A stretch of 64,000 nucleotides of DNA from Ramazzottius varieornatus (Eukaryota > Animalia > Tardigrada): positions 561,018 to 625,017 of the forward strand of contig BDGG01000013.1 of the NCBI GenBank assembly GCA_001949185.1, read 5' to 3'. The translations under genes and the position numbers were made by a program. Shown here one piece after another: positions 51,390 through 62,726 of the stretch. The stretch's first letter is position 1, and each line of letters begins with the position of its first letter. The notes under the pieces were generated by a model. It did not search any database, was not told where the DNA came from, and saw only the letters and a list, made by a program, of their open reading frames with translations.

Positions 51390-53028
51390 ATGGTGTCCAC
51401 GAGAAGAGCTCAAGCTCTCACCTGTGCTGATTCCGCATCGAAAGCTTCCACATCACAGTCACCTTCGCTGTCCACCGAACGCGTCGAAGTTGTCTGTAAG
51501 TGCCACTGTGGGGATTGATTTGCTTGATCCGATACCTGTGATCTGAAGTGTTTGACTTGCTTGCGAGTTGTAGCCCTAACCCTGCTGTTCCACACACTCT
51601 TCTGATTTCCACCAAAGTGATCAAAACCAAAAGGATGTGTCGTTCTTACAAGTTGTTAGTTTATTGTCGTTTTTGACTTTTTAGCTCCTTCCTCCACTGT
51701 GGAAGAGAAGCCAGGACGTTCACCTAGGGATGCTCCCGCACCGGAAGGTGCGCCAGTCATGCTGTTCCTGTGCAGATAGTCGCTACACCAGTCGAAGCTG
51801 TGGTAGCGAAGCCTGCGCCTGAGAAGCCACAGAAGAGCAGGACCCAGACTGCTCAAGAGATCGCTCCAAAGATCGCTCCAAAGATCGCTCCAAAGATCGC
51901 TCCCAAAATCACTCCGAAGGTGGCGAAAGATGTTGCGATGAAGCCTGGCCGACCAAAAAAAACTATTCTTCCCTCGAAGTTCGGTGCTGCGCCGCGGGAT
52001 GTGGACGAACGGTCTGCGCTGGCGGTCCGAAGAAAGCCAAAGCGCCGAAGAAAAGAGAAGGTGAAAGATATCAACAACGACACAAGCGGCTGAGCGCTAT
52101 AAAAAAACCAAAAAGTTTTTATTCTCGCGCACTTCAGCTGCTAGCGTCCACGCAACATGCGCCACTGGGACGAGAATGCGTCCTCCGGTGGAGCTGACGC
52201 ATTTGTTCTCTTACTGCGGAGCAGACTGCGCATCTCGGACGGTGCAGTCTATGTGTGTTACAAAGTGGCGCTATGCGCCAGTCGTTCGGAATTGTTCCGA
52301 GATTGTGTAAATTGGCGCAGTTTGCGTTGCAATCAACATGCAGTGTGCGCTAGTGAGATGGGGGCGGATAGACTGACAGTCTACTTGATTTCAGGGCTGT
52401 TCAGCGTTTCCAGGCAAGCGACGGAGAGGACGAATTTCTCAGGAATCATTCGACAACGAAGATGGCGGCTCGGAGGATGATACCGACGACGACACCCAAT
52501 CCGAAGAGTCAGACGACGAAATGGAAGCTTCGACGTCGAACGGTAAGGGCAAGTTTTCAACTCGAGAGAGGTCCCGTCTCGGGCGGCTTTGTACCGCGTT
52601 TTTTGGTCGTAGGTGCAAAAAAGTCGTTGGGCAGAGTCAGGTCGACAAAGTTTACCAGTTCGGTCAAATTCTATCGGTTGTACTCGCACTGGAAGCGTTC
52701 CTTAGGAGCTCTGGACTACGCCAAGTGTGAAGTGTATGGCTGTGGCGTGGTGACAGCTACGCTACCCGAGATCATCAAGCACCACAGGACGTGCTTGAAG
52801 GTCGGTCACAAGCTTCTACCTGGTGTGGCTAAGCATTCTCATGATTTGATGAAATGCCATAACTGCAAGTACCGATCTCACGAACTCCGACGCATGATCC
52901 GACATTATCAAAATGTACACAAAATGATTTTTGAAGAGGCGGAAGAGAAAGCTAACGAGAAGAAACTGCTACGTAGCTCGTGGCAGCTTACGCAGAAAGC
53001 GTACGATGACTTGAAACTTTTCGACTGA
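51390..53028 (+). pseudogene. AT-hook / acidic / C2H2-type zinc-finger gene, probably degenerate
   Basis: MVSTRR exon; KIAP repeats; KPGRPKK; RRKPKRRRK; acidic EDDTDDDTQSEESDDE; intron 52543-52612; CEVYGC..HHRTC and CHNC..HYQNVH fingers. Apparent frameshift near 51758 and stop at 52091. Confidence 0.55.
51858..51920 (+). repeat. 12-bp coding minisatellite (agatcgctccaa) x~5
   Basis: Visible tandem repeat encoding EIAPKIAPKIAPKIAPKITPK. Confidence 0.9.
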
Positions 53029-53315
53029 GTTCGACAAGCTTGTTCTGACTCGCTTTCTTCACATCGTTTCGTTCGCAGCAAGTAACAATGGAAACGTGCG
53101 CCACCTGAGGTACGGTGTCAAACTGTACGTTTCGTTTGCTAGCCTCCCGCATCACTTTTTTCGTAATCATGGTACTGACGAGAGGAGCTTTTTTAAGGGA
53201 GTAGTGACAAGCATCAGGAAGCGCTGGGTTTGGGAGAAAGAAAAATCAAACTGGCACTGGAGAATTCATGGTTTACAGGAAGTTGGAGATCTCGACGTGG
53301 TTATCGTGGTTCTTG

Positions 53316-54310
53316 TTAGACCGAAGTAACCAGCATGTAGTCAAAGTCCTGACATGAGGTGGAAACGACTTCCGTATTGGACGGGGCTATCGTTTCCTCC
53401 GGAAGAAAGTTCGCCGGTGCGTGGAAGAACAGGCTGGGAGGCATATAATCCGGGTCGGGCATATCTAGGAACGCTTGGTTGGGAAGTTCTTCGGCAATCG
53501 AACTACGTCCAGTCCCCACGTTGAAACTGGTCAAGTAGCGTTTGATGCTTTCTTCGTTGTCCATATGGTCCACGTCTGGGCGACTGCCGCTGGCTAACGT
53601 GTCCATGATACGCATCAAACGCATGGCAGCTAGTTGAGAGGAAGCCCACACTTCCTGTTCGCGTAACAACCGGCATTGTTGGTAGCAGGTGTAGCAGGAA
53701 CCGGATATGAATACCGTCAGGAAGATCAGCGTGAACCTACATACACACCGAGAGCGAAAATACCTCTTGGAATATCAGAGACTTCACATTGATTTCACGC
53801 TCCCAGACAAATGTTATTCGGTTGTACATTGACTGTCTTCCTGTACAAATAACATTTTTCTACAGTATTTACACAGTACATACCAGAAATACCACAGGTT
53901 GTAGAAGACGTCTACCTGTGGACAACAGGTATCGTTGCAGCACGTCTCATTCCACAAACACCTACGACAAAAAAGCCTTGGTCGACAGGTCCGATTGTTC
54001 TGGGAAAAAATAACAAAAATTCATGAAGATGAAGATGAAGATGAAGATCGGGTCAAGACCCACAAGTATGATACAGTTCCTTTGGATCCGAATCGAGCGG
54101 TACACAGGAACGTTAGTAAGGTGTGGTTGTTGGAGGTCTGAATGGAGTCATCCGATAGGCTGTGGAACTGAGATAGCGGACTGAGATCGGCGTTTGCATA
54201 CATTAGTTTCTGCATGAGGAAGTTTAACGCTTGACGAACGGAAACCCTCCATAAAATGAATGGAGCAGGAGAAGGATGGAATGCAGACTAACTAAATGTT
54301 TTGACTTCAT
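53316..54310 (-). CDS. WBP1/VOPP1-like (Shisa-like) single-pass membrane protein
   Basis: Exons 54246-54310, 54064-54159, 53884-53961, 53316-53736, all with phase-2 GT-AG introns. Signal MKSKHLVSLHSILLLLHSFYG; CTARFGSKGTVSYLCLWNETCCNDTCCPQVDVFYNLWYFWFTLIFLTVFISGSCYTCYQQCR matches the WBP1 C..C..CC..CC..LWxFW signature. Confidence 0.8.
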
Positions 54311-56940
54311 CCGTGCAGCGGTCGAAGAACCTTGAAACCTGCTGCAGGGTATTTACAAGGAAGAAAAGTTCAAGATTGAGTGAAGGCCATCCAGATGGGT
54401 ACAATCAAATCACGGCTCTCCCGCGGCGTTACGCCACGTGAAAGCGCAGCGGCTAGATGGGTGCAGACTGCCGACCGGAAGATTGTTCCCATCTGCAAAC
54501 GCAATTGACGACTCCCCTGCTACCCATACGTCAGCGCAAGAATGGAAAGCTATTAGGCGGCCCTACTGCGGGCTGCTCTTTGCCTTGGGACCGTCGACAC
54601 GATCCCATGCATATTAACTAACTGACAATGCCAATGAGGGAGCCCTGCTCTCAGTTCCCTGCGCTGGAGTTGCATGACTTGTCCACGCTTGGATGAAAGC
54701 GTGCCACTGGGATGGACTTGTGATTTGACTGACATCTTTTCTCATCCATTCAATTAGCGGCCTGAATAGCGTCCAGCCGGCGGATATGGTCTGTCATAGA
54801 GCGGGATTATGACAGGATGATGGAGTGACAGTCGTCTCACCAGCTTTTTCTGCTGGGAGGTGGTTGATCTTGAAAAGTAGCAGGTTACTCATCTCACTGA
54901 TTTACAGTAGTACGATGTCTGAGGTTGCGATGTCTATGTGGTGAGCTCAATGGCGCCCCCCGTATCAGATTGCCCCGCATAGTTTTTGAAAACAAATTTA
55001 TACCGTTTATTGAGAAACTCGCAGATAAAGGAGCCCAATAGAACGATTGCTACCTCTGATAGGGACTGCGTTCATGGGCGAAGTCAGGACAGGGCGAAGG
55101 AGAACTGCAGAACAAAAGCGCTGTCATACTGAGATGAGAATCATATCTACGGTCTGGGAGTCGGCGCTACGATACGGTCCTGAAGTAGGGGTTGAACAAT
55201 GAATCAATGTACAAGCTTTACAGTAAGAACTGCGCCGGCTGGAACTTTCAGTGGCTTCATGAGCGTGCGTATAAGGAACCTGCGTTATTGTTGCAAGCTA
55301 AACTGGTTGGCGAGCTGCTAACATGGGCTGTGCGCGGTCGAGCTGAGCTCTGAGTGTTAGTCGAGTTCCGGTGGATCTTCGAGACCAGGTCGTAGGATCT
55401 TTCATGGTCGAGTCTGAGCGCACGCCGGACAACGATTGAAGTACGGCGGTTGTTTCGGATGAAGGGTCTTGTGCGCCCGGGTATTGCTCCTACTGAGAAA
55501 GCGCCATCTGTCGACTGCTTGCCCAAGTACCAAGTGGCTTTATACCGTGTTCTCGAAGGGAACACATGCACCTTCGTCAAAAGATTCCGGCCGAGCTTTG
55601 GTTTTGAGATAAGCCGTTCCATTAAGTGGAGGCCCGAATCCGGTGAGGTCGGCGAATTCGAAGATAAGCTTGACAGCATGTGTCGGACAACTGCCAAGAC
55701 ACTGCGAGAAGTGAAACTTTGTACACGGAAAACCAATTTTACTTTTCCTCGTCGTAGTACTGTATCATGACGAACTATCCACGCGGTCATTCAGAATAAG
55801 CTAGCAACCTGTGACATTTTGCAAACATGGCATTCGTTTTGCACAGCCGAATGTTGAGCCAATAGCGGTGTCACGATTTTCGGGTGAGATGCGGCAAAGG
55901 GCATGCCGTAATGTCGGAATTAACATGCCTTGAGCAGGACGCGGTTATTAGAGCACGGAATCTGGCCGCATGCGCTACACTGTACTGCAGCTTTGCTGTG
56001 CTGCAGCGCGTGAACTGACGAAATTTGTGCGACACAGCACAGCATACAGCAGAAAGCCATAGACTACCGCGCAGATGCACCTACCGAAACCTAACAAAAA
56101 TTACAGTTTTTGGGCATTCGAACGTCAGCCGTCTCAGCTTTGCCGTACTTCAGGGCCACGTTCTCCAGGTGGAAAACCGATTTCGCTGACTGAATTACAA
56201 ACCACGTCAATACATCGGCGTTCCGCGCAGTTGCGCCAGGTCAACGTGCATCTGCAGCACAGCTGCTTAGCCACTGGGCATGAAAGTTGTGCAGCACAGC
56301 GCAGCGTACAGCGACCTAGTAATGTGCGCAGCAGTTACAGCGTACTTTCGGACCTGCGGCCCAGTGCTCTAGCGGTTATATGCTTTCAGAATACGAGGTG
56401 GGAAACTCAGTGACACCTCATTTTACTGGTTGAGGTCGGCGGGCGGTGCCAAATTCGATCAATCATCACCTTTTTGATTGACCAAAAGTTGGCAATATGA
56501 GGTACAGTGCGACACCCTACCAGCTCAAAACGGTCAACCTTCTTAATTTTTCAGTTGATCACCGGGCAGATCTTTTTCGAATCTAAAAATTCCATCAAGA
56601 TACAAAAATTTTTGAGCTAGAGCTACAGTCTTTCTGGGGACCCTGAGCGAACCAAGCCTGGCCGAGCGAAAACTTGCTGGCTACGATGAAATTTCATCGA
56701 AAAGGGAAGAAACTTCCACGCAGTTTTTCATACACTGTCCAGTGGCCGTTAGATGCAGTTTCGGTAGAAGGTTGTTTTTCAGGCAAACGTGAAAAAGCGG
56801 GTAGCAGAGGCCAAGCTCGAATTTCGCTACGTGGAAGTCAGTGCGCGGCAGGAGAGTGAGTTTCCCGCCCGGGCTTCAGGTGAATACGATGCAGACTAAT
56901 ACGAGTACTTTTCCCCCTTCTAAGACATTATAGAGTTTAA

Positions 56941-57178
56941 GTTGCCACTCCCGTTCACTTTGCAACTGTAGCTACGGCCTTGCTCCGCCCCTTTCTTGAC
57001 GTGTAACTACATTTTGCTTTTCGGAGCTCCCCTTATTTTCGAAAAATATCGCAATCGGAGTTACGGTTGGCTAGCATTGGGAAGCATAGTGGCTTCCCAA
57101 CTATCCAAAGTTCTGATCAGCTGCTGCGCCTATGAGTAACGTTGCAACTCAGTGGGACTTTCATCTGGCGGTGGCAAC
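56941..57178 (-). mobile_element. GTTGCCAC-family MITE, best-preserved copy
   Basis: ttaa|gttgccac ... gtggcaac|ttaa. Confidence 0.75.
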
Positions 57179-57612
57179 TTAATGTCTGTATTAGCATAGA
57201 TTTCTGGTTATCTATGACGCATATCTAGTCTCGTTACGCACTGTAATCGCATGACGACACATCTGCTCTCTCATGGTTTCGATGTCGACCAAATCTCAAC
57301 GCCGAAATCCCTATTACATTGGACATCTTGGAAGGTGCGAAGCGGTGCGTAGTCGAGTTGCTGAAAGAAATTATTAGGTACTACTACAAACACACGCCAG
57401 GGTCCCGGGACAAAGGTTACCATGACTGCCATGGTCCAGCTGACCATTCACTTGACGACCTGTAGTATTCCGAAACAAGTCAGATGAATCCTATATTTGG
57501 ACCGAAAACTCTTCCACCGACAAACTGTTGTTGCGTTGTACTATCTCGAATGTCTAACACTGGAACCATCTTTTGAATTCTGCTGAGTGTTCTGGTGACC
57601 AGTGTTCTCAGT

Positions 57613-57978
57613 ATGTACGACAACGAAGAACCATGGCTTATCCCTGTCACTGTAGTAGCTATCTGTGTCATAGTCTTTACCGGCTGTTGCATATTCCACG
57701 CATCATACAACAACCGTCGTCGCCGAGCGTACCGCGCTGCCTTCGCTAGACCCGACGCGCCACCATTACCGACTCCGCTCACTCCATCCTCCGCCAACAT
57801 GTCCTACTACCCGCCTAACATTGTCGTGGGTATACCGCCACCCATACCACTTTCCCCCTCTCGACCCTTTGCACCCACCCCACCACTACAGCAATACGTT
57901 GACCAGAGCGCCGTCCCCAACGCGGTCTACGCTACACGGTCCCGAATAGACACTTCACAGTACAACACACGGATGTGA
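57613..57978 (+). CDS. Small single-TM proline-rich protein (Shisa-like TM + tail)
   Basis: WLIPVTVVAICVIVFTGCCIF followed by RRRR and a Pro/Tyr-rich tail. Confidence 0.65.
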   Translation: MYDNEEPWLIPVTVVAICVIVFTGCCIFHASYNNRRRRAYRAAFARPDAPPLPTPLTPSSANMSYYPPNIVVGIPPPIPLSPSRPFAPTPPLQQYVDQSAVPNAVYATRSRIDTSQYNTRM

Positions 57979-58348
57979 GGATGGTTGCGTGTTTAGAAGG
58001 CAAGTCACCATGACAGCGTGGGGCATTTCTTTATTGGTATGATTGGGACGGGTGTGGAACATGTCAGCGTAGCCAGCGATGTCTTTTTGTGCGGCAACTG
58101 AGCGAGCTGCATTATAAGCCAGCTGTCTATGTCGGCCCACAAGTCGGCAACGCCTGTACTATACGGCGACGTCTTTGTAATAGCTCGGCAGTACGAGCCA
58201 CCGTTTCTTCGCTGCATACTCACCACTCTTCATCGAGGCTCAACCTCAACCGAGAAGATTCCCATCAATTCCGCCTTGATTCACTGTTCCCCTTCGCGTT
58301 ATTTTTGGCTTGTTTTGAGTGAACGTATTGTTTTTACTGTTATACAGC

Positions 58349-59086
58349 ATGGGGGAATCGACTATGTTGGAACCGGAGGTTATCTGGAGTATCTGTGGTG
58401 TCGTTGTTTTTATTTTTATGTGCGCGGCAGCCTTGATGTGCTTTTTCCTCGAACGCAAGAGGCAAAAGCGCCATGATCAGTTGTTGGAAAATCTGACTCA
58501 GGCTACACACCCACAATTCACCACTCCTAAATCTCCATGGGCGACCGACACAAGTGGTGAATCCCTTGCGGCACCTACCTCCGCTTTCCATCCCAGACTC
58601 TCACTGGTACCAAATGCGCAAGACCGTCGAATATCCGCAGTCGGTCCACACATACCGGGCTCACATATCCCCATGATGGTTTCGCACGGCGTACCCACGG
58701 CAGCTGGGAACGTCTATCTTCATGGTCCGTCCATGGCATCAACGAGAGGCCGGATGTCCGGTCCGAGGCCGAACCCGCTAAGATCGCCGGAAACGATACA
58801 GCATAGGTCACATATGGCATCGGAACGGAGAGCTAGTGACGAACGACCGGAGAGGACGGGGCATCAATATCAGCAACACAGGACAACCGACGAGAGGCAG
58901 CACGACGTTCATGGTCATCGAACAAGCGTGGAGGCGGCCAGTAGAGCGCATGCCCATCAAATGCAGAGATCGAGTGCGGACAGACAACATCATAGGTTTA
59001 GTGTGGATAATCAGAACAGAGTTATTCACGAATTACCAAATGACAGAACAAAATTTGTTTCTTCCGACACGGCATCCGATTCGTAG
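58349..59086 (+). CDS. Single-TM protein with a disordered His/Arg-rich tail
   Basis: VIWSICGVVVFIFMCAAALMCFFL followed by ERKRQKR; 245-aa open frame. Confidence 0.7.
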   Translation: MGESTMLEPEVIWSICGVVVFIFMCAAALMCFFLERKRQKRHDQLLENLTQATHPQFTTPKSPWATDTSGESLAAPTSAFHPRLSLVPNAQDRRISAVGPHIPGSHIPMMVSHGVPTAAGNVYLHGPSMASTRGRMSGPRPNPLRSPETIQHRSHMASERRASDERPERTGHQYQQHRTTDERQHDVHGHRTSVEAASRAHAHQMQRSSADRQHHRFSVDNQNRVIHELPNDRTKFVSSDTASDS

Positions 59087-60850
59087 CTTCTTGTTGCTCC
59101 GGTTTTTTTACTGATTCTGTCATAAGATCTTGTTGTTTGCTCTCGAAGCATGCGGGAGGCCAGAATAAATCTCGAGACTGTTCTTCCGACAGAAGCACAA
59201 AACGTTCGCTCGGCGATCAACCCCTGAAGTCACCGAAGCACCATCTTAATCCTTTGGCGTTTCGGTACCGTGATGGAGCAGCTTTCGCGTAGTCGTCAGG
59301 CGTTACATGTCAGTCGTTCACAATAGTACATTCAGTTTTTGCGCTGTTCGGTGTTTCTCGCGATCGCATCGATACGCAGCTTGAAGGATTCGCGTGAAGA
59401 ATCCCCCGATACGTGCAATTTTGGCTGTTATGTGTGATGTCATAGCGATCAGCTGATCGCTACACAGGTCGACCAGATATTTCACCCACCATCCGCGCGG
59501 TCTTTTTTCACGCACCGGGGTCCAAAGCTGTCCCGCATCATTGGTACTTTGAAGTGAGTGATATTCATATTCCATAGACATATATGTCGCATTCATGAAC
59601 CCGGACGAAATTACTGTGCACCCAGAGTGCTCTGCAGCAGACCAGGAATGATCCTCGATGTCATTTGGGCACAACCATGGTTCGAAGGCTCGTCAGAACA
59701 CGGAAGAGAGGGGCAACGTTCCCTCGTAATTTTGAGCCGATGTAGGTAGATGGACATGACATCCCAGCGCGCTGTAACATTCACCAAAACAGATGTTTAA
59801 CAAGTCTGAATGGAGAAATTATCCATGATAAATTGAACCTTTTCTGTTTGCCGCACTCTGGATAAAGTTTGTCATTATTCATTAAATTCACCACGAATGA
59901 TTTCTGGTAGATGAATTCGTCACCTCTACAAAATCTCTTTCGACAGATGCAAATGAAGAACTCGTTGTCAGCTAACATTAGCCGAAACAGACTTTTGGGA
60001 AGGGAAAAGTCTGCGCGAGCCGTCATGCATATCAGGCAAGGTACGCACTGAAAATATTTTTTTACGACGTTCGTGGCAGACGCTAGCTAGGGTAGCTTAG
60101 AGTACTCCGATCTACTGTAAACCATGGTACGAGATACTGCATTTTAATTCTACTTTAACGGTTCAAACTGGAACAGTCAGTGGATAAGGTGATCGAATGG
60201 CATCAAAATTTAAGCAACATTTTCTCTTTGAAATTACGTGAGCTCTGGGGAGCAAAGCCTTACTTTTATTGTGAGCAGGCATTTCATCTCATTCTGCCTT
60301 TGCCTTGAGGACAGGCTCGCTGTACACGTACGCTGCTCAGTTCCCAACCCTGGCAGCATCTTCGCTGTTTTCTGCCTATCAATCTTCTTGTACAAGATGA
60401 ACAAATCGCCGACGATAGAAAAAGCTGCGCGCAAAGTGCGTTTGACAGAGTAGGTGGAAACTTACGTACACGTCTTTGCATAATTATGGGCATGAAAAAA
60501 TACTTTGAACTCCGGACGGAAGCGGCAGGGGCCGGCTAAAACCAACCAGTCAATCCAATGGTTCCCGCTTTCGAACGGTGCTCAAAACTTTGTCCCTGCC
60601 CATAATCGAGTAAAGAAAGTGTACCCCGTAAAGTTTTGGGAGTAGTATGAATTAGCGTAGATGTCTGGTCTTCGACTAACCGGCACTACATGACACAGGA
60701 ACATTTATTGCATCAAGAGATTGGACAGAAGTGATGTTGTTATCTAGTCAACAGCTTGTACAAAAGTCTGCGTCAAACTCTGAAAGAGACATGAGCTACC
60801 ACTTCGCCACTTCTGTGGCTCAATAGTATTGAGAGCATCGTAAAGACTTA

Positions 60851-61161
60851 TCATTTCCGTCCAGGGTTGTAGTAGCATCGGCCCTGAGCCCAAGACGGGT
60901 CGTTCTTCTGGCAGTGCATGCCGCCGCAGCAGTTTCCCTGTGACCCGTTGGCGCCTTCACAAGGCTGATCTGCAACATACGGACAAATGATCAGTTAGGA
61001 GTGGTTGAGTTTAGGTAACCTGAACAATGAAGTACAAGCAGAACTCTTGTATTGTATGGTGTTAAAATTCTAAACTTACCATGACCTCGGCAAGCTGTGA
61101 CTACTTCCACCAAACAGCCGCTGACAGCCAAGCATACCAACAGGAGAGCGAGAAGCTTCAT
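60851..61161 (-). CDS. Secreted inhibitor-cystine-knot peptide precursor, Alo-like antifungal knottin, 66 aa
   Basis: Exon 1 61080-61161, GT-AG intron 60970-61079, exon 2 60851-60969: [72 protein letters not shown] at 60704-60709 (minus). Confidence 0.88.
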
Positions 61162-62318
61162 CTTGACGGACAAGAAACGACGGGTAGACCGAGCGTTTAG
61201 AATACTAATAGTAAACGGAAAAGCTTGTCGGGAAGAAGTCGAATAAGACACTGGTCATATGTTTCTGTCTGTTCATCGCGGCTCTTTTTACACTGGAAAT
61301 TCTGCACTATTGTTGGCCGAACGCGGAAAATCGATCTGTATCTCTGGTTATTTCCATGTAACAGAATCGATTACAGCGTGAGGACCGGAATAAATAGGTT
61401 TTTACGTCACATCTGCCAAGCAAGCTAATGAAGGGTTAGAGGAAAGGTTTGAAGGACCGTTATCAGATTGTGTCTCAAAGGCTTCACGTCAGAAGAGGAC
61501 TGCACGAAAACAGGTGCAGCCAGGCATGGGCTTTCCACACTCCACTGCCTACTTGACTGTCACAGCAAACGTCCACCGCGTGGACTTTGGGTCGGGTACG
61601 TAGCTTTTTGCCCTTTGGCGCCGTTTACGCTTGTAGTGATGTACATCATGCCAAGGGCTGTGATAATAACTACCTCGCAATACATAATACGGCCAAAGGA
61701 AAGCGTCCTGTCCAGAAGAAGCACTAGCACGGATGGAGTTGTTTCTGTTCTTCTCCAGTATCCTCTAAAAGCTCGACATACGCAGTCGATGATGTTTGGG
61801 AAATGGTACGTGTAGCCAGTGCCGGCCACACTATTAGACGTGACCTTAGTCAGCTGTGTCGACGTAAAAGTGACGTCACAAGAGAGGAGTTTGGGCAGGC
61901 CCTACTTAGCTTACTCCGGCTTCTTCCGCAAAACCATGGGTGTGTCGTGACTGTGATGTCCGGAACGTTGCTTGTCAAGGTCACGCGCAGAAGTTTCATA
62001 GCGCAGCCGGCAATGCGTGTAGCAACTGGAATATCGCTGGGCATAGTTAATAGTCCTCAGCTTTTCCCGATTCAACCGATTCCGCGATAGAGCAAACAGG
62101 AGACGTCTCCGCCGACCCCGAGCGCTGCATACTGCACCTGCGCAGTGGGATGTTTCCATGACGCAAATTCCGTCGGTTAGATTGCTCAAACGAGGCGAAA
62201 ACTGGCACACTATCCTTGTAGTATTTTGCAAAATCCGACCAAACTTGTAGTACGCACGATCTAATTTGAAATGACATAACGGTTGTTTTTTACCAGTTTC
62301 GAAAATGTGAGTGTAAAA

Positions 62319-62726
62319 ATGGAACTGGCACTCATTTTCGGCATCACCTTCGGGGCCTTTGTATTCGTCTTTATTATAATCTGCGTGTTCAGTACGATGT
62401 TACATGGTGGCGCACACTATCATGGCGGATACGGTTACGGTTACGGTCCCGGTTACGGCGACGGCTATCCTGGGCCTCAGCAATGCTACAATTCTTACGG
62501 GCATCCGGATATGACAGTCTACCCCACCGGTCCACCACCCGTGGTCGTCATGGGCGGCGTCATGCCCATGGCTCAGTTACCGATGATGACGAATAACGGT
62601 GCTTACATGAATTCCAATCCACTGACCGGCAACAGTGCTGCCCCGATCGTTATGGCCGGTAGTCCGGGGATGATTGGTCCCACCACAGAGCCACCTGAAA
62701 CCACGGATTATCCCAAAAGGTCCTAG
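62319..62726 (+). CDS. Small single-TM protein with a GYG-repeat, Pro/Met-rich tail
   Basis: MELALIFGITFGAFVFVFIIICVF followed by HGGYGYGYGPGYGDGYPGP..GPPP. Confidence 0.7.
   Translation: MELALIFGITFGAFVFVFIIICVFSTMLHGGAHYHGGYGYGYGPGYGDGYPGPQQCYNSYGHPDMTVYPTGPPPVVVMGGVMPMAQLPMMTNNGAYMNSNPLTGNSAAPIVMAGSPGMIGPTTEPPETTDYPKRS

Noticed and set aside
55257-55790. 177-aa and 106-aa overlapping ORFs
   Set aside because: No recognisable domain or splice structure.
59318-60493. Possible spliced minus-strand gene (MKCLLTIK|CVPCLIC..)
   Set aside because: I could not build a continuous frame or recognise any motif.
61560-62277. Minus-strand ORF fragments between the knottin and the TM gene
   Set aside because: Multiple stops and no identifiable homology.
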